Shown here in pieces: positions 1 to 10,834 of a stretch of DNA of 64,000 bases. The position numbers and the translations under genes were made by a program. A model generated the notes under the pieces. It worked only from the letters and a program-made list of their open reading frames with translations, was not told where the DNA came from and made no database searches. Source of the stretch: Pseudobdellovibrionaceae bacterium (GTDB taxonomy: Bacteria; Bdellovibrionota; Bdellovibrionia; Bdellovibrionales; Bdellovibrionaceae); assembly GCA_039810425.1 (NCBI GenBank), contig JBDHWW010000002.1, positions 32,001-96,000 of the forward strand, written 5' to 3'. Each line of letters starts with the position of its first letter. The first letter of the stretch is position 1.

Positions 1-828
1 ATTATGAAGTTGATCCAAGCCCCAGGCCATATTGAAGCCGGCCAAATCATCTACCGGGGCAAGGATCTTTTGAAGACCAGCGACGCTGAAATGCGTAGCA
101 TCCGTGGCAACGAAATTGCGATGATTTTCCAGGAGCCTATGACCTCCCTCAACCCGGTTTACACTTGCGGTAACCAGATTGCGGAAGCAATAGCGCTTCA
201 CTACCCAAAATTGACTAAGGCTGACGTGAAAGCTCGCGCGATTGAAATGCTTCGCAAGGTGGGCATCCCGGCTCCAGAGAAGCGCTACGACGAATATCCG
301 CACCAGCTTTCGGGCGGCATGCGCCAGCGTGTAATGATCGCAATGGCGATCAGCTGCAATCCACAACTCCTCATTGCCGATGAGCCAACGACCGCATTGG
401 ACGTGACGATCCAGGCACAAATATTGGATCTAATGCGCAATCTGCAAAAAGATTTCGGCGCTGGCATGATTCTCATCACCCATGACCTTGGCGTGGTCGC
501 AGAAATGTGCCAGGACGTTGTTGTGATGTATGCTGGTAAAATTGTTGAGTATGGCACTGTTGAAGACATCTTCTATCGTCCAAAGCATCCGTACACCCGG
601 GGTTTGCTTGATTCTATACCGCACTTTGAAACCGGCCACAAACTTGACGAACTCAAAACGATCCAAGGTATGGTTCCAAGCTTGTTAAAGCTCCCACAAG
701 GCTGCCGATTTCAAGATCGCTGCCCGAATGTTCAAGCGGATTGCCGCCAACAAGAGCCTCAGCTTGAAAGCAAAGGCGGAACCCAATTGGCAGCCTGCTA
801 TCATCCGGTTGCGGAGGCGAAAGCATGA
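1..828 (+). CDS. oppD: Oligo/dipeptide ABC transporter ATP-binding subunit (5' truncated by window)
   Basis: LSGGMRQRV signature, [12 protein letters not shown]alker B, C-terminal HPYT and GCRF..RC...C...C; Walker A lies upstream of the window. Confidence 0.92.
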   Translation: MMKLIQAPGHIEAGQIIYRGKDLLKTSDAEMRSIRGNEIAMIFQEPMTSLNPVYTCGNQIAEAIALHYPKLTKADVKARAIEMLRKVGIPAPEKRYDEYPHQLSGGMRQRVMIAMAISCNPQLLIADEPTTALDVTIQAQILDLMRNLQKDFGAGMILITHDLGVVAEMCQDVVVMYAGKIVEYGTVEDIFYRPKHPYTRGLLDSIPHFETGHKLDELKTIQGMVPSLLKLPQGCRFQDRCPNVQADCRQQEPQLESKGGTQLAACYHPVAEAKA

Positions 829-1793
829 GTCAATATCTTCTCGAAGTAGAAAATCTGTTTAAGACTTTTCCTATCCACGGTGGCTTCCTCAATCGCGAAG
901 TTGCCAACGTCAAGGCCGTTTCCGGCGTGAGCTTCAAACTAAAAAAAGGCGAGACACTGGGTCTCGTGGGCGAATCTGGTTGCGGCAAATCAACGCTCGG
1001 CCGCTGCTTGATCCGGTTGCTAGATCCAACTTCTGGGACGATTAAGTTCAACGGCAAAGACATCACCACCATCGAAGGCGACGAACTTCGTGAAATCCGC
1101 AAAAAAATGCAGATCATTTTCCAAGACCCCTATGCAAGCTTGAACCCTCGCATGACGATTGGTGCAATTCTCGAAGAACCGCTTATTATTCACAACCTCT
1201 TCCCGGAAGAGAACGCTCGTAAGACCCGCGTGCTTGAGCTTGCGAACCTCGTAGGTCTTCGCCCTGAAGCTTTGAATCGTTACCCGCATGAATTCTCAGG
1301 TGGTCAACGTCAACGGGTGGGTATCGCGCGCGCTTTGGCAGTGAACCCTGAAATCATCGTCTGTGACGAGCCGGTGTCGGCACTCGATGTGTCTATTCAA
1401 GCTCAGGTTCTGAACCTTTTGATGGAATTGCAAAAGAAGCTCGGGCTTACTTACGTGTTTATCGCCCATGACTTGAAAGTCGTTGAGCATGTTTCCACCC
1501 AAGTGGCGGTCATGTACTTGGGTAAAATCGTTGAACAGTCCGAGGCGGAAGAGCTCTATAAAAACCCGACCCATCCTTACACTCGCGCGCTTTTATCTGC
1601 GATTCCAATCCCAGATCCCCACCGCAAGGAAGACCGTATCATCTTGACCGGTGATGTTCCGAGTCCGATCAGTCCTCCTGCGGGTTGCCACTTCCATCCT
1701 CGTTGCCCGATGGCCATCGAAGACTGCAAGAAGGTGGTTCCACCTCTCGAGGTGAAGCGTCCGGAGCACGTTGCGGCCTGCATCCGTGTCTAA
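825..1793 (+). CDS. oppF: Oligo/dipeptide ABC transporter ATP-binding subunit
   Basis: GESGCGKST Walker [36 protein letters not shown] overlap with upstream gene. Confidence 0.95.
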   Translation: MSQYLLEVENLFKTFPIHGGFLNREVANVKAVSGVSFKLKKGETLGLVGESGCGKSTLGRCLIRLLDPTSGTIKFNGKDITTIEGDELREIRKKMQIIFQDPYASLNPRMTIGAILEEPLIIHNLFPEENARKTRVLELANLVGLRPEALNRYPHEFSGGQRQRVGIARALAVNPEIIVCDEPVSALDVSIQAQVLNLLMELQKKLGLTYVFIAHDLKVVEHVSTQVAVMYLGKIVEQSEAEELYKNPTHPYTRALLSAIPIPDPHRKEDRIILTGDVPSPISPPAGCHFHPRCPMAIEDCKKVVPPLEVKRPEHVAACIRV

Positions 1794-1840
1794 AAGTTTG
1801 CCAGTATAAATATATTTCCTGAGATCTCTCAACAAGTTGC

Positions 1841-1877
1841 AACCCCAGACCGATAAGTTCCAGGTCAGGGGTTTTTT
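1841..1877 (+). terminator. Intrinsic terminator after oppF
   Basis: AACCCCAGACC / GGTCAGGGGTT stem (one mismatch, 11-nt loop) ending in a T run. Confidence 0.55.
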
Positions 1878-1892
1878 GTATCCGAGGGGACT

Positions 1893-2708
1893 ATGAAATC
1901 AGAAGGCAAAATCTGGGTAATCTTTGATGCTTATAATGGTAAGAAAACAAAACCAATTTCGCTTGTTCAAGCACAAATGATGATTCTTTCATTTAAAGTC
2001 CGTAATCTGCACAACTATCATATTTGGACACCCGGCTGGCCCGAGTGGCAACCCCTCGTTCAGTACCTCTCTAGCGGCCAAAAGTACTTCGTCCAAGCAC
2101 AACCACCAGAGCCTCTTTTGCACAAGGAAAGACTAAAGGCGGCGGCAGCTCGGCCTCCCGAGCACAAGGCCCACCCCACAGAAGAGGAAAAGTCGAACCC
2201 GTTTTATACAAGTGTCGTCGCTCCTGAAGAACTTCGTCAAATCGACTATGGGTACTACTACAATGAGGTGAATGGCGACGACCTCACACTATCGGGTGTT
2301 CCTGAAAAACCGACAGTAGAAATCCTTGTCAGCCGGGCTGGCTTGGGATCTCCGAAAGACCGCCGTGTGGCTCCACGCCACGACTTTAAAATCGAAGCGG
2401 TGTTGATCACAAAAAAGGGTTCCTCTTTCAGGACATACTCTAAAAATATTTCCCTGACGGGCACTCTGCTCGAGGATGAGATTCCGAAAGACTTTACTCA
2501 CCGCCAGTTCGAAATGATTTTGGTGAACAAGTTTGAAAAAGATCCCCATAAGAGCCGCGTGCATCTCACCGGCAGAATCATCGGTGACATTTCAGATCCA
2601 AGGCGTTTGATTTTCCTCGAACAGGATGATGAGACCGCGAAGAAGCTGACCAAGCTCATCGACGACTATACGACACAGCGAACACGTTTGAAAAAGACCG
2701 CCGGCTGA
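1893..2708 (+). CDS. GYF_2-like N-terminal domain + PilZ domain protein (candidate cyclic-di-GMP receptor)
   Basis: IWTPGWPEWQPL (GYF_2-like); PilZ motifs RRVAPR (RxxxR) and NISLTG (D/NxSxxG); RBS GAGGGG. Confidence 0.75.
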   Translation: MKSEGKIWVIFDAYNGKKTKPISLVQAQMMILSFKVRNLHNYHIWTPGWPEWQPLVQYLSSGQKYFVQAQPPEPLLHKERLKAAAARPPEHKAHPTEEEKSNPFYTSVVAPEELRQIDYGYYYNEVNGDDLTLSGVPEKPTVEILVSRAGLGSPKDRRVAPRHDFKIEAVLITKKGSSFRTYSKNISLTGTLLEDEIPKDFTHRQFEMILVNKFEKDPHKSRVHLTGRIIGDISDPRRLIFLEQDDETAKKLTKLIDDYTTQRTRLKKTAG

Positions 2709-2784
2709 GCTTTCGATCAGCCCGGACGGCAACTCATGTTTAAATAAAGTCAGCCCTAGAACAATCCGAGCCTGGCGTAAATAG

Positions 2785-3423
2785 CTACCAACCGTAGCCT
2801 AGATGAATTGCTAGCCCGCTGAGGTCGAAACGACTTTGCCCGGCGAGGCTTGTTGTTTCAACCCGGTAGGTGATTTCACCCGTGAGAACTCTTTTTTTCC
2901 CCGCCGCTTTTGAAACTGTCCATTCGACTCCCGTTCCCGCAGTATAGCCAATCCCCAAGGCTGATTCGCTTCGCTTTAGACTGGTGAGCGTTGAAGAGTC
3001 TAGCGCCAGCCAGTTATAGCTCAGATCCCCACCTGCGGAAATGTAAAGAGCCAGACCGGTGTCGCGCGCAGGAACCGGGAAAAACGCAAGACCCGTCTCG
3101 AACTGCCCTTGATAAAAGGAGTAGTTCAAAACCGACGCCGTCGTCCCATCCAAGAAGGCCTGGCGGCCCGACGCTTGGCCAGCCCGTGCCTTGGTGTAGA
3201 TTCTTCCCCAAGGACGGCCCCAATCACCATAGGCCTCGATTCCAAAACCGAAACCTCCCTCTGCAAACGACTTTTCTTTTTCGCCGGAGTAATTGACTTG
3301 AAATACCTGAAGACGTGTCGACTGAAACGAGACCCCACTACTACTTCCCGCGTGCGCACGGCCCGGGAGTGAAATAACGCTCACGAAAACTAGGCCAGAG
3401 ATAATCCAAATAAGTATTTTCAA
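2785..3423 (-). CDS. Putative outer-membrane beta-barrel protein
   Basis: Signal peptide ending AHA, alternating amphipathic strands, C-terminal LGYGW aromatic beta-signal. Confidence 0.65.
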   Translation of the reverse strand: MKILIWIISGLVFVSVISLPGRAHAGSSSGVSFQSTRLQVFQVNYSGEKEKSFAEGGFGFGIEAYGDWGRPWGRIYTKARAGQASGRQAFLDGTTASVLNYSFYQGQFETGLAFFPVPARDTGLALYISAGGDLSYNWLALDSSTLTSLKRSESALGIGYTAGTGVEWTVSKAAGKKRVLTGEITYRVETTSLAGQSRFDLSGLAIHLGYGW

Positions 3424-3562
3424 ACTTCGATCCCCGGTTGAATTCTTGTTAAGATTTCTTTACCAGTTTCGGAATGTACGTCTCATAGCTTAACAAATGA
3501 AGTCTCATTCTAGATCAAAGTCTGAATTTCTTCTCAATTCGATGCAAATACCGCTCTTCATA

Positions 3563-3589
3563 TAAAGATTTTTTAACGAGCGCCGATCT
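3563..3589 (+). promoter_or_regulatory. Sigma-28 (FliA)-type promoter for the 3614 lipoprotein
   Basis: TAAAGATT-N11-GCCGATCT versus consensus TAAAGTTT-N11-GCCGATAA, 25 bp before the ATG. Confidence 0.6.
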
Positions 3590-3613
3590 ATATATAGTAC
3601 CGGGGAGGCGCCC

Positions 3614-4678
3614 ATGAAGGGGAACATGATCACATTCTTAGTGCTACTCGTAACTCTTATCGGAGCCTTTGGCGTTGGCTGCCAACCTAAAAAGGTCAAC
3701 GACGACTCTTCGGCAACAAATGACCGCTACCTCTATATTCAAAGTGGTGGCTGCTTTGCTCCGACCGGATTAACTGCTTCAACCGCATCAAAGACAGTAT
3801 CGCGTATTAATCTCGCGACAGGCGTGGTGGACAAAACTATCGCGGACTACACCTCCGGCTTGACCGATATTCCGGTGGCCATTGCGCCTTACAATGACGA
3901 CAACCTCTATGTGCTTATCGAAAATACCGGTGGCCGCCGTATCGAGATAGTTAATAAGAAAACCTCTCTCTCATCCAACTTCCTCATCAATACGACTGCA
4001 CTCAATGGTGTGGTGAGAAGTCTGACGCTGGGGTCTGACGGCAGCTTCTTGATCAGCCGATCCGCGGCGGTAGAACGTTTTGCTTCAAACAAAGCCCGTC
4101 TGCCAAACTCGACAACAGCATTTCTCAGCGCACCAACAGGCACTTGTGCAACGACGACGAGCGCGATCACCGCGACGGCGTTCACCGGTGCCGGAGACAT
4201 CCTGTACGCTCACTCATTTACGAGTGCTTCAACGAACAACCGCATCGGCATGACGACAGGCTTAACATCGGCGGCCTCGACATGCTATAACGGTGTGGCG
4301 GCACCAACCACGGCCTCTTTTCCGACGGCAATGGTTTATCTCCCCGATTTGAAACATCTCTTAGTGGCCTACTCGAGCTCAACGCCCGCAAACAACCAGG
4401 TTTGGCAATACACCGTCGATGAATCGGCGCACACCATCACGGCCGCAGGGGCTGCGGCTTATGGCAATACCGCCGTATTGAACGGCCCAACCGCGATGGC
4501 CTATGATAGCACGACGGGATATGTGTATATCGCGAATGGCACGACCGCCTTTGCAAATTCGATTGAGCAGTTCACTTACGATTCAACGGCAAAAACACTG
4601 ACTCGTGTTGGGACCGTGGCTTTCTCTTCGCCGACGATCAATCACAACTGTATCAATTCAATGTTTGTAGGAAAATAA
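3614..4678 (+). CDS. Ser/Thr-rich lipoprotein, probable beta-propeller
   Basis: Lipobox-like GVGC; repeats such as PVAIA, PTAMVY, PTAMAYD...YVYIAN typical of NHL/YVTN-type blades. Confidence 0.6.
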   Translation: MKGNMITFLVLLVTLIGAFGVGCQPKKVNDDSSATNDRYLYIQSGGCFAPTGLTASTASKTVSRINLATGVVDKTIADYTSGLTDIPVAIAPYNDDNLYVLIENTGGRRIEIVNKKTSLSSNFLINTTALNGVVRSLTLGSDGSFLISRSAAVERFASNKARLPNSTTAFLSAPTGTCATTTSAITATAFTGAGDILYAHSFTSASTNNRIGMTTGLTSAASTCYNGVAAPTTASFPTAMVYLPDLKHLLVAYSSSTPANNQVWQYTVDESAHTITAAGAAAYGNTAVLNGPTAMAYDSTTGYVYIANGTTAFANSIEQFTYDSTAKTLTRVGTVAFSSPTINHNCINSMFVGK

Positions 4679-4684
4679 GCCGGA

Positions 4685-5182
4685 CTACTCGTTGAGTTTC
4701 AAAAGAGTCCGTACTGTCTTGCGTAGCTTTTCGACATCGAAAGGCTTGCGGATATAATCATCGGCACCGATTTCAAAAGCTCTTTTCATGTCATCATCAC
4801 TGGCTTTACCAGAGACAAAGACGAGCGGAATGCCTTTCAAGTCTTTGTTTTCTTTAAGAAGCTGGGCCAATTCAAAGCCGTTCACCCAAGGAAGGCCGAC
4901 GTCCATCAAGATCAAGTCGATCGGAGTGTCATCGAGTACTTCTGAAAGTGCTGTGGCATCCGCGGCGAGTTTAGTGACATAGCCCTCAGCCTCAAATATA
5001 CGCTTGAGGGCCATGCGCATTGTTTCATCATCCTCAATAACCAAGATCACACGTGGTTCCTCTTTTTTAGCAGCCTCCCTGAAGTCCGCTAAAGACACCA
5101 CAGGTTGACTCGCAATGCGAGCCTTGGTGACTTTTTCGATTTTATTAACGAGGTCTTTCGTGTTGATCTTTTTGTTTGCCAT
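4685..5182 (-). CDS. Single-domain response regulator (REC) with N-terminal extension
   Basis: VIEDD acidic pocket, LMDVGLP phospho-Asp, FVSG, YIRKPF. Confidence 0.9.
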   Translation of the reverse strand: MANKKINTKDLVNKIEKVTKARIASQPVVSLADFREAAKKEEPRVILVIEDDETMRMALKRIFEAEGYVTKLAADATALSEVLDDTPIDLILMDVGLPWVNGFELAQLLKENKDLKGIPLVFVSGKASDDDMKRAFEIGADDYIRKPFDVEKLRKTVRTLLKLNE

Positions 5183-5191
5183 AATCCCAGT

Positions 5192-6130
5192 CTATCCGTG
5201 AGCTTGTGACTCCAACCATCTTTCACAGTCGATGGCTGCCATACATCCGGTTCCTGCTGCGGTAATAGCTTGGCGATAGACATGATCTTGCACGTCTCCG
5301 GCAGCAAAGACACCTTCAATATTTGTATACGTTGAACCGGGTTTGGTCACCAAGTACCCTGTTTCATTCATATCCAATAGACCTTTGAATAGGCCCGTTG
5401 TCGGTTTGTGTCCGATGGCAATGAAAAGACCCTCTATCGCCAGGTCTTTCGTCGAGCCATTTTCAGTATTTTTCAGACGCACACCCGTTACATTTTTGCC
5501 ATCACCCAAAACTTCGTCGACAGCCGAGTTCCAAAGGACTTCGATTTTTGGATTGTTCAACGTCCGCTCGCTCATGATCTTTGATGCGCGGAAATGATCC
5601 CGGCGATGAATTACGTAAACCTTGCTCGCAAAACGAGTCAGGAATTGTGCTTCTTCCATAGCGGTATCGCCACCACCGACAACGCCAACTTCCATGTTAC
5701 GGAAAAAAGCACCATCACAGGTGGCACACGCGGAAACTCCACGGCTCATATATTGTTTTTCTGAAGGCAGCCCGAGGAGCTGTGCACTCGCGCCCGTAGA
5801 AACGATGATAGATTTTGCCAAGTATAGTTTTTCACCAACCCAAACTTTGAACGGGCGCTGGGAAAAATCCACTTTCGTCACGTTGCGAGTGATGAAGCGA
5901 GTGCCGAAGCGCTCAGCTTGCTTTCTCATGACGGCGATGAGTTCCGGCCCCGTGATTCCATGCTCAAAACCAGGATAGTTTTCTACTTCTGTTGTGATCA
6001 TCAACTGGCCTCCGGCCTCTTCTCCTTCGATCATCAGCGGCTCTAAACGCGCACGCGCACTGTAAATCGCCGAAGTGAGTCCCGCAGGGCCCGATCCGAT
6101 AATAATTAAATTTTCAACTTTTTGATCCAT
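5192..6130 (-). CDS. trxB: Thioredoxin-disulfide reductase
   Basis: IIGSGPAG, CATCDG redox motif, VGGGDTAMEEA, FAAGDV, YRQAITAAG. Confidence 0.97.
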   Translation of the reverse strand: MDQKVENLIIIGSGPAGLTSAIYSARARLEPLMIEGEEAGGQLMITTEVENYPGFEHGITGPELIAVMRKQAERFGTRFITRNVTKVDFSQRPFKVWVGEKLYLAKSIIVSTGASAQLLGLPSEKQYMSRGVSACATCDGAFFRNMEVGVVGGGDTAMEEAQFLTRFASKVYVIHRRDHFRASKIMSERTLNNPKIEVLWNSAVDEVLGDGKNVTGVRLKNTENGSTKDLAIEGLFIAIGHKPTTGLFKGLLDMNETGYLVTKPGSTYTNIEGVFAAGDVQDHVYRQAITAAGTGCMAAIDCERWLESQAHG

Positions 6131-6335
6131 AGACGTACCTCATAAAACTGCGTAAATTCCGACAGAGGCTCGGAGGAGCCTCAAACTAACAATTTCACCA
6201 GACAATGACACTATTATTTCTGCCTGAAACGGTGCTTAAACCACTACAATGCACTGCTTCGTTTGCGGGGTTTAGTTGGCTTTATCTATTTAGCTATAGA
6301 CGGCCCGGATGGCGGGCAGAGCCAGCTTTTTCCCA

Positions 6336-7727
6336 TTAAGCAAAGTAGCTCTTAAATTTTTTACCTTTGATTTTCGAGCTGCGCAATTTATCCAGCGCCC
6401 TATCCGCGGACTGGGTCGTGATGGCCACGAGACTAAAGCGTTCGTGAATTTCAATTTTTCCGATATCAGCCGCCACCAGCGCGCCCGGCTGTGCGGTCAG
6501 CGCGCCCAAGATATCGCCAGGACGCAGCTTATCGAGTTTGCCGCCGGCGATCTGAATGGTCTTCGTCGCCGTCTTTTGAAACTCAGCGCCTAAACCATGT
6601 TGATTCTCAAAGCCCAAGTTCTGGCGGATCATCTTTACGCCGGTGGCTTTTTCAATTTCTACAATCTTCAGAGCTTCAAACGCCGTCGCTATGGAAACTG
6701 CGGTCCCTTCGCGCCCTGCCCGGCCCGTGCGGCCGATGCGATGGATATAAACTTCGGGATTGATCGGCAGGTCGACATTCACCACCAACTCGAGCTTTTC
6801 AATATCCAAGCCACGCGCGGCCACATCGGTAGCCACAAGAATTCGCGTGCTGCCATTGCGGAAAAGCGCTGTGGCGCGATCGCGCTCAGGCTGAGTCAGA
6901 TCTCCATGTAAAACTTGGCTGCTGACTTTCATCTTCTCAAGCCTCTCGCCAATCTCGCCCACGGTGGCTTTCGTGCGGCAAAACACAATCGTACAATTCG
7001 CAGGATGACGTTGCAAAATACGAAGCAGGGTATCGGTCTTCTCCGGATTCTCCGCTTGGTAAACGTATTGCTTGATCTGCGGCGATGCCTGTGTGGACTT
7101 GTCAATCGTTACACGCACAGCGCTTTTCTGATACTTGCGGCTGAGAGCCTCGATCGAATCAGGAAAGGTCGCTGAGAAAAAGACCGTTTGTTTTGTCTCA
7201 GGCAATTCGTCGATGATTGCCGTCATCTCATCAGCAAAACCTTCATCCAACATCCGATCGGCTTCATCCAAAACCAAGATTTTGAGTTGGCTAACTTGCA
7301 GCTGATTTTTTCTGAGATGCTCTAAAGTGCGCCCCGGGGTCCCCGCAATCACATGCACGCCGTTATTTAAAGCTTGAGTTTGCGGTGGATAAGGCTGACC
7401 ACCAATGAGGGCCACCGTTTGTAAACCGGGAAAGGCTTTTGCAAATTTCCGGCACTCTTTTAAGACCTGATCGCACAGCTCCCGTGTAGGACAAAGAATC
7501 AACGCCTGCGGTTCGCGCGCTTCAATCTGAATTTTCTGTAAAATAGGAATGACAAAGGCCGCGGTCTTACCGCTGCCGGTATAGGACTGACCAATCAGGT
7601 CTTTGCCTTGAAGCAAGGCCGGAATGCTGCCCGTTTGAATGGGAGTCATCTCCGTGAAACCCATATCTTCGATCACGCGCAAAAGGGACGGGGCCAAATT
7701 TAAAGAGCGAAAATCATTCGTTGGCAT
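6336..7727 (-). CDS. dbpA: DEAD-box RNA helicase, DbpA type
   Basis: TGSGKT, PTREL, DEAD, SAT, HRIGRTGR and C-terminal DbpA RNA-binding domain (KLRPGDILGAL...IGKIEI). Confidence 0.93.
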   Translation of the reverse strand: MPTNDFRSLNLAPSLLRVIEDMGFTEMTPIQTGSIPALLQGKDLIGQSYTGSGKTAAFVIPILQKIQIEAREPQALILCPTRELCDQVLKECRKFAKAFPGLQTVALIGGQPYPPQTQALNNGVHVIAGTPGRTLEHLRKNQLQVSQLKILVLDEADRMLDEGFADEMTAIIDELPETKQTVFFSATFPDSIEALSRKYQKSAVRVTIDKSTQASPQIKQYVYQAENPEKTDTLLRILQRHPANCTIVFCRTKATVGEIGERLEKMKVSSQVLHGDLTQPERDRATALFRNGSTRILVATDVAARGLDIEKLELVVNVDLPINPEVYIHRIGRTGRAGREGTAVSIATAFEALKIVEIEKATGVKMIRQNLGFENQHGLGAEFQKTATKTIQIAGGKLDKLRPGDILGALTAQPGALVAADIGKIEIHERFSLVAITTQSADRALDKLRSSKIKGKKFKSYFA

Positions 7728-7783
7728 AGACCCGGACTGTATAATTGAACACGGGAAATTTCCAGCTTAAACCGACCGACACT

Positions 7784-8071
7784 CTACCAATAACCGGCAT
7801 CAACGGTGACATCGCCTAATACCAGAGTCTGACAGCTGATTCGAAATCCGGCGCGAATGTTGTTCTTTTCTTTGAGAAAGACTTCTGTGGCATTGGGTTC
7901 TGACAGGTTTTCCATGCCCTCGACAATGCGAATTCCACACTTTGCACAAACTCCATCTGAGTTACACGACGATGCCACCGGCAGACCTGCCTCCAAGAGA
8001 GAGCGCATCAACACGGCTCCTATGGGAACTTCAATCGGCGGTCGGTTTTTTTTGAAACGAATTGTCGGCAT
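7784..8071 (-). CDS. [2Fe-2S] ferredoxin
   Basis: CNSDGVCAKC ... RISCQ plant/adrenodoxin-type ligand pattern. Confidence 0.9.
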   Translation of the reverse strand: MPTIRFKKNRPPIEVPIGAVLMRSLLEAGLPVASSCNSDGVCAKCGIRIVEGMENLSEPNATEVFLKEKNNIRAGFRISCQTLVLGDVTVDAGYW

Positions 8072-8104
8072 ATATTCACTCTACTAGTACAGTGACAGAT
8101 GCTT

Positions 8105-8902
8105 CTAAGCAACTGTTCGTATGACTTGATCCGCCAGAATGAATGAACCAACCACCAGTACGAAAATGCCAAAAGCTCTCTTCAGATGGCTTTCTGAAAA
8201 GCTCCCTTGAAAGCGTTTTCCTAAGAACATACCGGCTATCGCCAAGGCCGTCACTGGGAGGAGGATATCCCAGCGCAAACCCTCAATAGTATCCATCGCC
8301 ACCAAAAAACCAACCAAAGAATTACCGGCGATAATAAGCAAAGAAGTCCCCACCGCCTCTTGCATTTTGAATCCTAAAACAAACACCAGTGCCGGTACAA
8401 TCAGAAAGCCTCCCCCGGCCCCTATAAACCCCGTGACCAATCCAACAAAAAAACCTTGAAACGCTAACCGGGAATAGCTTGATTCCGGCACTCGTTTCAC
8501 TGCAGCTCCAGAGGCTCGAAGCATTTTCAAGGAGGCGGTCAGCATCAAAACCGCGAACACAATCATCAGCAGAATGTCTCTACTCAACACCACGCCATCC
8601 AACAAACGGATTTGTTGGGGTATGAGGGGGAAAAGTATTTTTCGGGCCCCTAAAACCCCCAGAATACTTGGCGCCGCAAAAAACACGCTCTCTTTCAATC
8701 TCACTGTCCCGGTCTTGATGAAGCCAACCGCGCCGGCAAACGCCGTGAAGCCGACAACAAAAAGCGAACTCCCGGTCGCCAGCGTAGGCGTCTGCGCAAA
8801 AAGATACACGAGGATGGGAACCGTTAATATAGAACCGCCTCCGCCAATCAAGCCAAGCACCATACCCATAAGAATGCTGCTAAGAAAACCGAGGAACTCC
8901 AT
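8105..8902 (-). CDS. TauE/SafE-family sulfite exporter
   Basis: GLIGGGGSILTVP and GFIGAGGGFLIVP repeats; true start ATG 8902 with AGGAG RBS (ORF-track extension to 9103 overlaps the upstream gene). Confidence 0.9.
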   Translation of the reverse strand: MEFLGFLSSILMGMVLGLIGGGGSILTVPILVYLFAQTPTLATGSSLFVVGFTAFAGAVGFIKTGTVRLKESVFFAAPSILGVLGARKILFPLIPQQIRLLDGVVLSRDILLMIVFAVLMLTASLKMLRASGAAVKRVPESSYSRLAFQGFFVGLVTGFIGAGGGFLIVPALVFVLGFKMQEAVGTSLLIIAGNSLVGFLVAMDTIEGLRWDILLPVTALAIAGMFLGKRFQGSFSESHLKRAFGIFVLVVGSFILADQVIRTVA

Positions 8903-8910
8903 AAGGACTC

Positions 8911-9336
8911 CTATTTTTGACGAGCGAGAAATTTTTCCGCTAAATGGTAAGCGCCCATTCCAACAAGCATCATGGCCACAAAGACAAAAGCGGTGGTCTG
9001 ACCTGACGCCATTGATACAACCGCAGGGCCTGGACAATATCCACCGATGCCCCAGCCAATACCGAAAATCAAAGACCCTAAAATAAGTTGGAGATTGATA
9101 CACGTGCCTTCAGGAACATGGAACTGACTCTCTAATAAAGGCGTTTTTCTTCGCCGCACCAGCGGGTAAAGGAGGCCATGCACGCCCACCGCTCCGGCCA
9201 TGACAAACAAGAGTGAAGGATCCCAGGCGGTCACATCCAGAAACGACACTATTTTTTGAGGCTGAGTCATACCACCCAAGCCCAAACCCAGGGCGAAAGC
9301 CAAACCGACAATAAACGCAACAATAGCTTGATTCAT
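8911..9336 (-). CDS. YeeE/YedE-family sulfur transporter subunit (PmpB-like)
   Basis: GMTQPQKI..FLD, WDPSL, FGIGWGIGGYCPGP. Confidence 0.9.
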   Translation of the reverse strand: MNQAIVAFIVGLAFALGLGLGGMTQPQKIVSFLDVTAWDPSLLFVMAGAVGVHGLLYPLVRRRKTPLLESQFHVPEGTCINLQLILGSLIFGIGWGIGGYCPGPAVVSMASGQTTAFVFVAMMLVGMGAYHLAEKFLARQK

Positions 9337-9345
9337 AAAAACCTC

Positions 9346-9759
9346 TTAAATAAACCACTTCACTAGAGCAACCGTCACAAGGCCCGCCGCAATAAATGTG
9401 ACGGTCGCTATTATGGAGCGTATAGACAGACGGCTAACCCCACAGACCCCGTGGCCACTTGTGCATCCTTTGCCCATGGCTGTACCAAATCCTACGAGAA
9501 CTCCAGCGATGGCAATCTCAGTCAGACTGCGGCCCGTGGTGTTTGCGAAAAATTCCGCATTGAGCGCAACCAGAACAAACCCGCCGAGAACTAAGCCCGC
9601 GATAAACGACCATCTCCACCCGGAATCCTTTTGCGGTTTCACAATAGCGCTATTGATAATGCCGCTGATACCGGTCACCCGGCCATTAAATAACAGCATC
9701 AACGTCACCGCCAACCCAATGAGCACACCTCCGAAAAGAGGTTTCCAAACTACTTCCAT
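9346..9759 (-). CDS. YeeE/YedE-family sulfur transporter subunit (PmpA-like)
   Basis: NGRVTGISG, GCTSGHGVCG, RLSIRSI motifs. Confidence 0.9.
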   Translation of the reverse strand: MEVVWKPLFGGVLIGLAVTLMLLFNGRVTGISGIINSAIVKPQKDSGWRWSFIAGLVLGGFVLVALNAEFFANTTGRSLTEIAIAGVLVGFGTAMGKGCTSGHGVCGVSRLSIRSIIATVTFIAAGLVTVALVKWFI

Positions 9760-9771
9760 AAAACTCCCTTT

Positions 9772-10821
9772 TTACAATCGCACTGTCGGAAACTTCCGTT
9801 CATTCCAAGCAAGCATTCCGCCCTTCATGTTCATGGTATTTTTGAAGCCCAATTCCTGACTCCGCCGTGTCGCCTCTCCGGAGCGGCCACCACTGCGGCA
9901 CACAAAAACGAGATCTGCGTTTTTATCCACTCTGGCCAAGAAATATTCCAGGTCTTTACCCAGAGTCACGAGCTTCGCACCCTGGATATGCCCCAGTTCG
10001 CCGGTGAACTCATCAGGGTTTCGCACATCGATGACTTCCACCCTTTGGAGATATTCGAGAACCTGTGCTGGTAAAACTTCACGAATGCCGTCAACATTGT
10101 TTGTCTTTATATGCTCCGTGGATTTCAAAATTCCGCAGCTCAGGTTCGCCGGAACCGCTTCTTGAATTTTCTTTGGCTGAGCCAATTTTAGTTCAGACAT
10201 AATTTGCACGAATTCCTCTTTGGATTTTCCGCCGCCAATACGGGGATTGTGCTTCTTCTCCATTTCAATACTTGAAGTGGTCTGTCCCCTGTAGTCATGA
10301 CCAGGATACACCACGGTGTCGTCCGCCAGCGTAAAGAGCTTTTTTGTAATGCTCTCATACAGCTTCGCAGAAGACCCTTGTTGAAAGTCGGTGCGTCCTG
10401 TGCCCCGAATAAGAAGTGCGTCGCCGGTAAATACTTTTCCATCAATATAGTAACTCAGACAGCTGTCTGTATGACCGGGAGTTTCAAAGGCCTTTAAGGT
10501 GTAATGGCCGAACTTCAATTCGTGTCCATCTTTGACTTTGATATCAGCGCAGTCCACCTGCGCTTTTTCTGAAACGGCGGATTGCGCCCCCGTACGTTTT
10601 CGCAGCTCACCTGCTCCCGTAATATGATCCGCGTGGATATGAGTATCTAAGACATACCGCAAACGATAGCCATATTCTTGAATGAGCGCGAGATCCCGTT
10701 CAACTTTTTCCAAAACGGGGTCGATCAGCACCGCCTCTTGGGTTTCCGGATCCGCTAAAAGATAGGTATAAGTGCTCGTTTCATTGTCATAGAGTTGATG
10801 AAAGATCATGGACTTGGACAT
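9772..10821 (-). CDS. Persulfide dioxygenase (ETHE1-like MBL) fused to rhodanese
   Basis: THIHADHITG, TPGHT, GDALLIRGTGRTDF, YPGHDY; C-terminal rhodanese CRSGGRS; start 10821 with GGGG RBS. Confidence 0.92.
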   Translation of the reverse strand: MSKSMIFHQLYDNETSTYTYLLADPETQEAVLIDPVLEKVERDLALIQEYGYRLRYVLDTHIHADHITGAGELRKRTGAQSAVSEKAQVDCADIKVKDGHELKFGHYTLKAFETPGHTDSCLSYYIDGKVFTGDALLIRGTGRTDFQQGSSAKLYESITKKLFTLADDTVVYPGHDYRGQTTSSIEMEKKHNPRIGGGKSKEEFVQIMSELKLAQPKKIQEAVPANLSCGILKSTEHIKTNNVDGIREVLPAQVLEYLQRVEVIDVRNPDEFTGELGHIQGAKLVTLGKDLEYFLARVDKNADLVFVCRSGGRSGEATRRSQELGFKNTMNMKGGMLAWNERKFPTVRL

Positions 10822-10834
10822 AACGACCCCTTTG

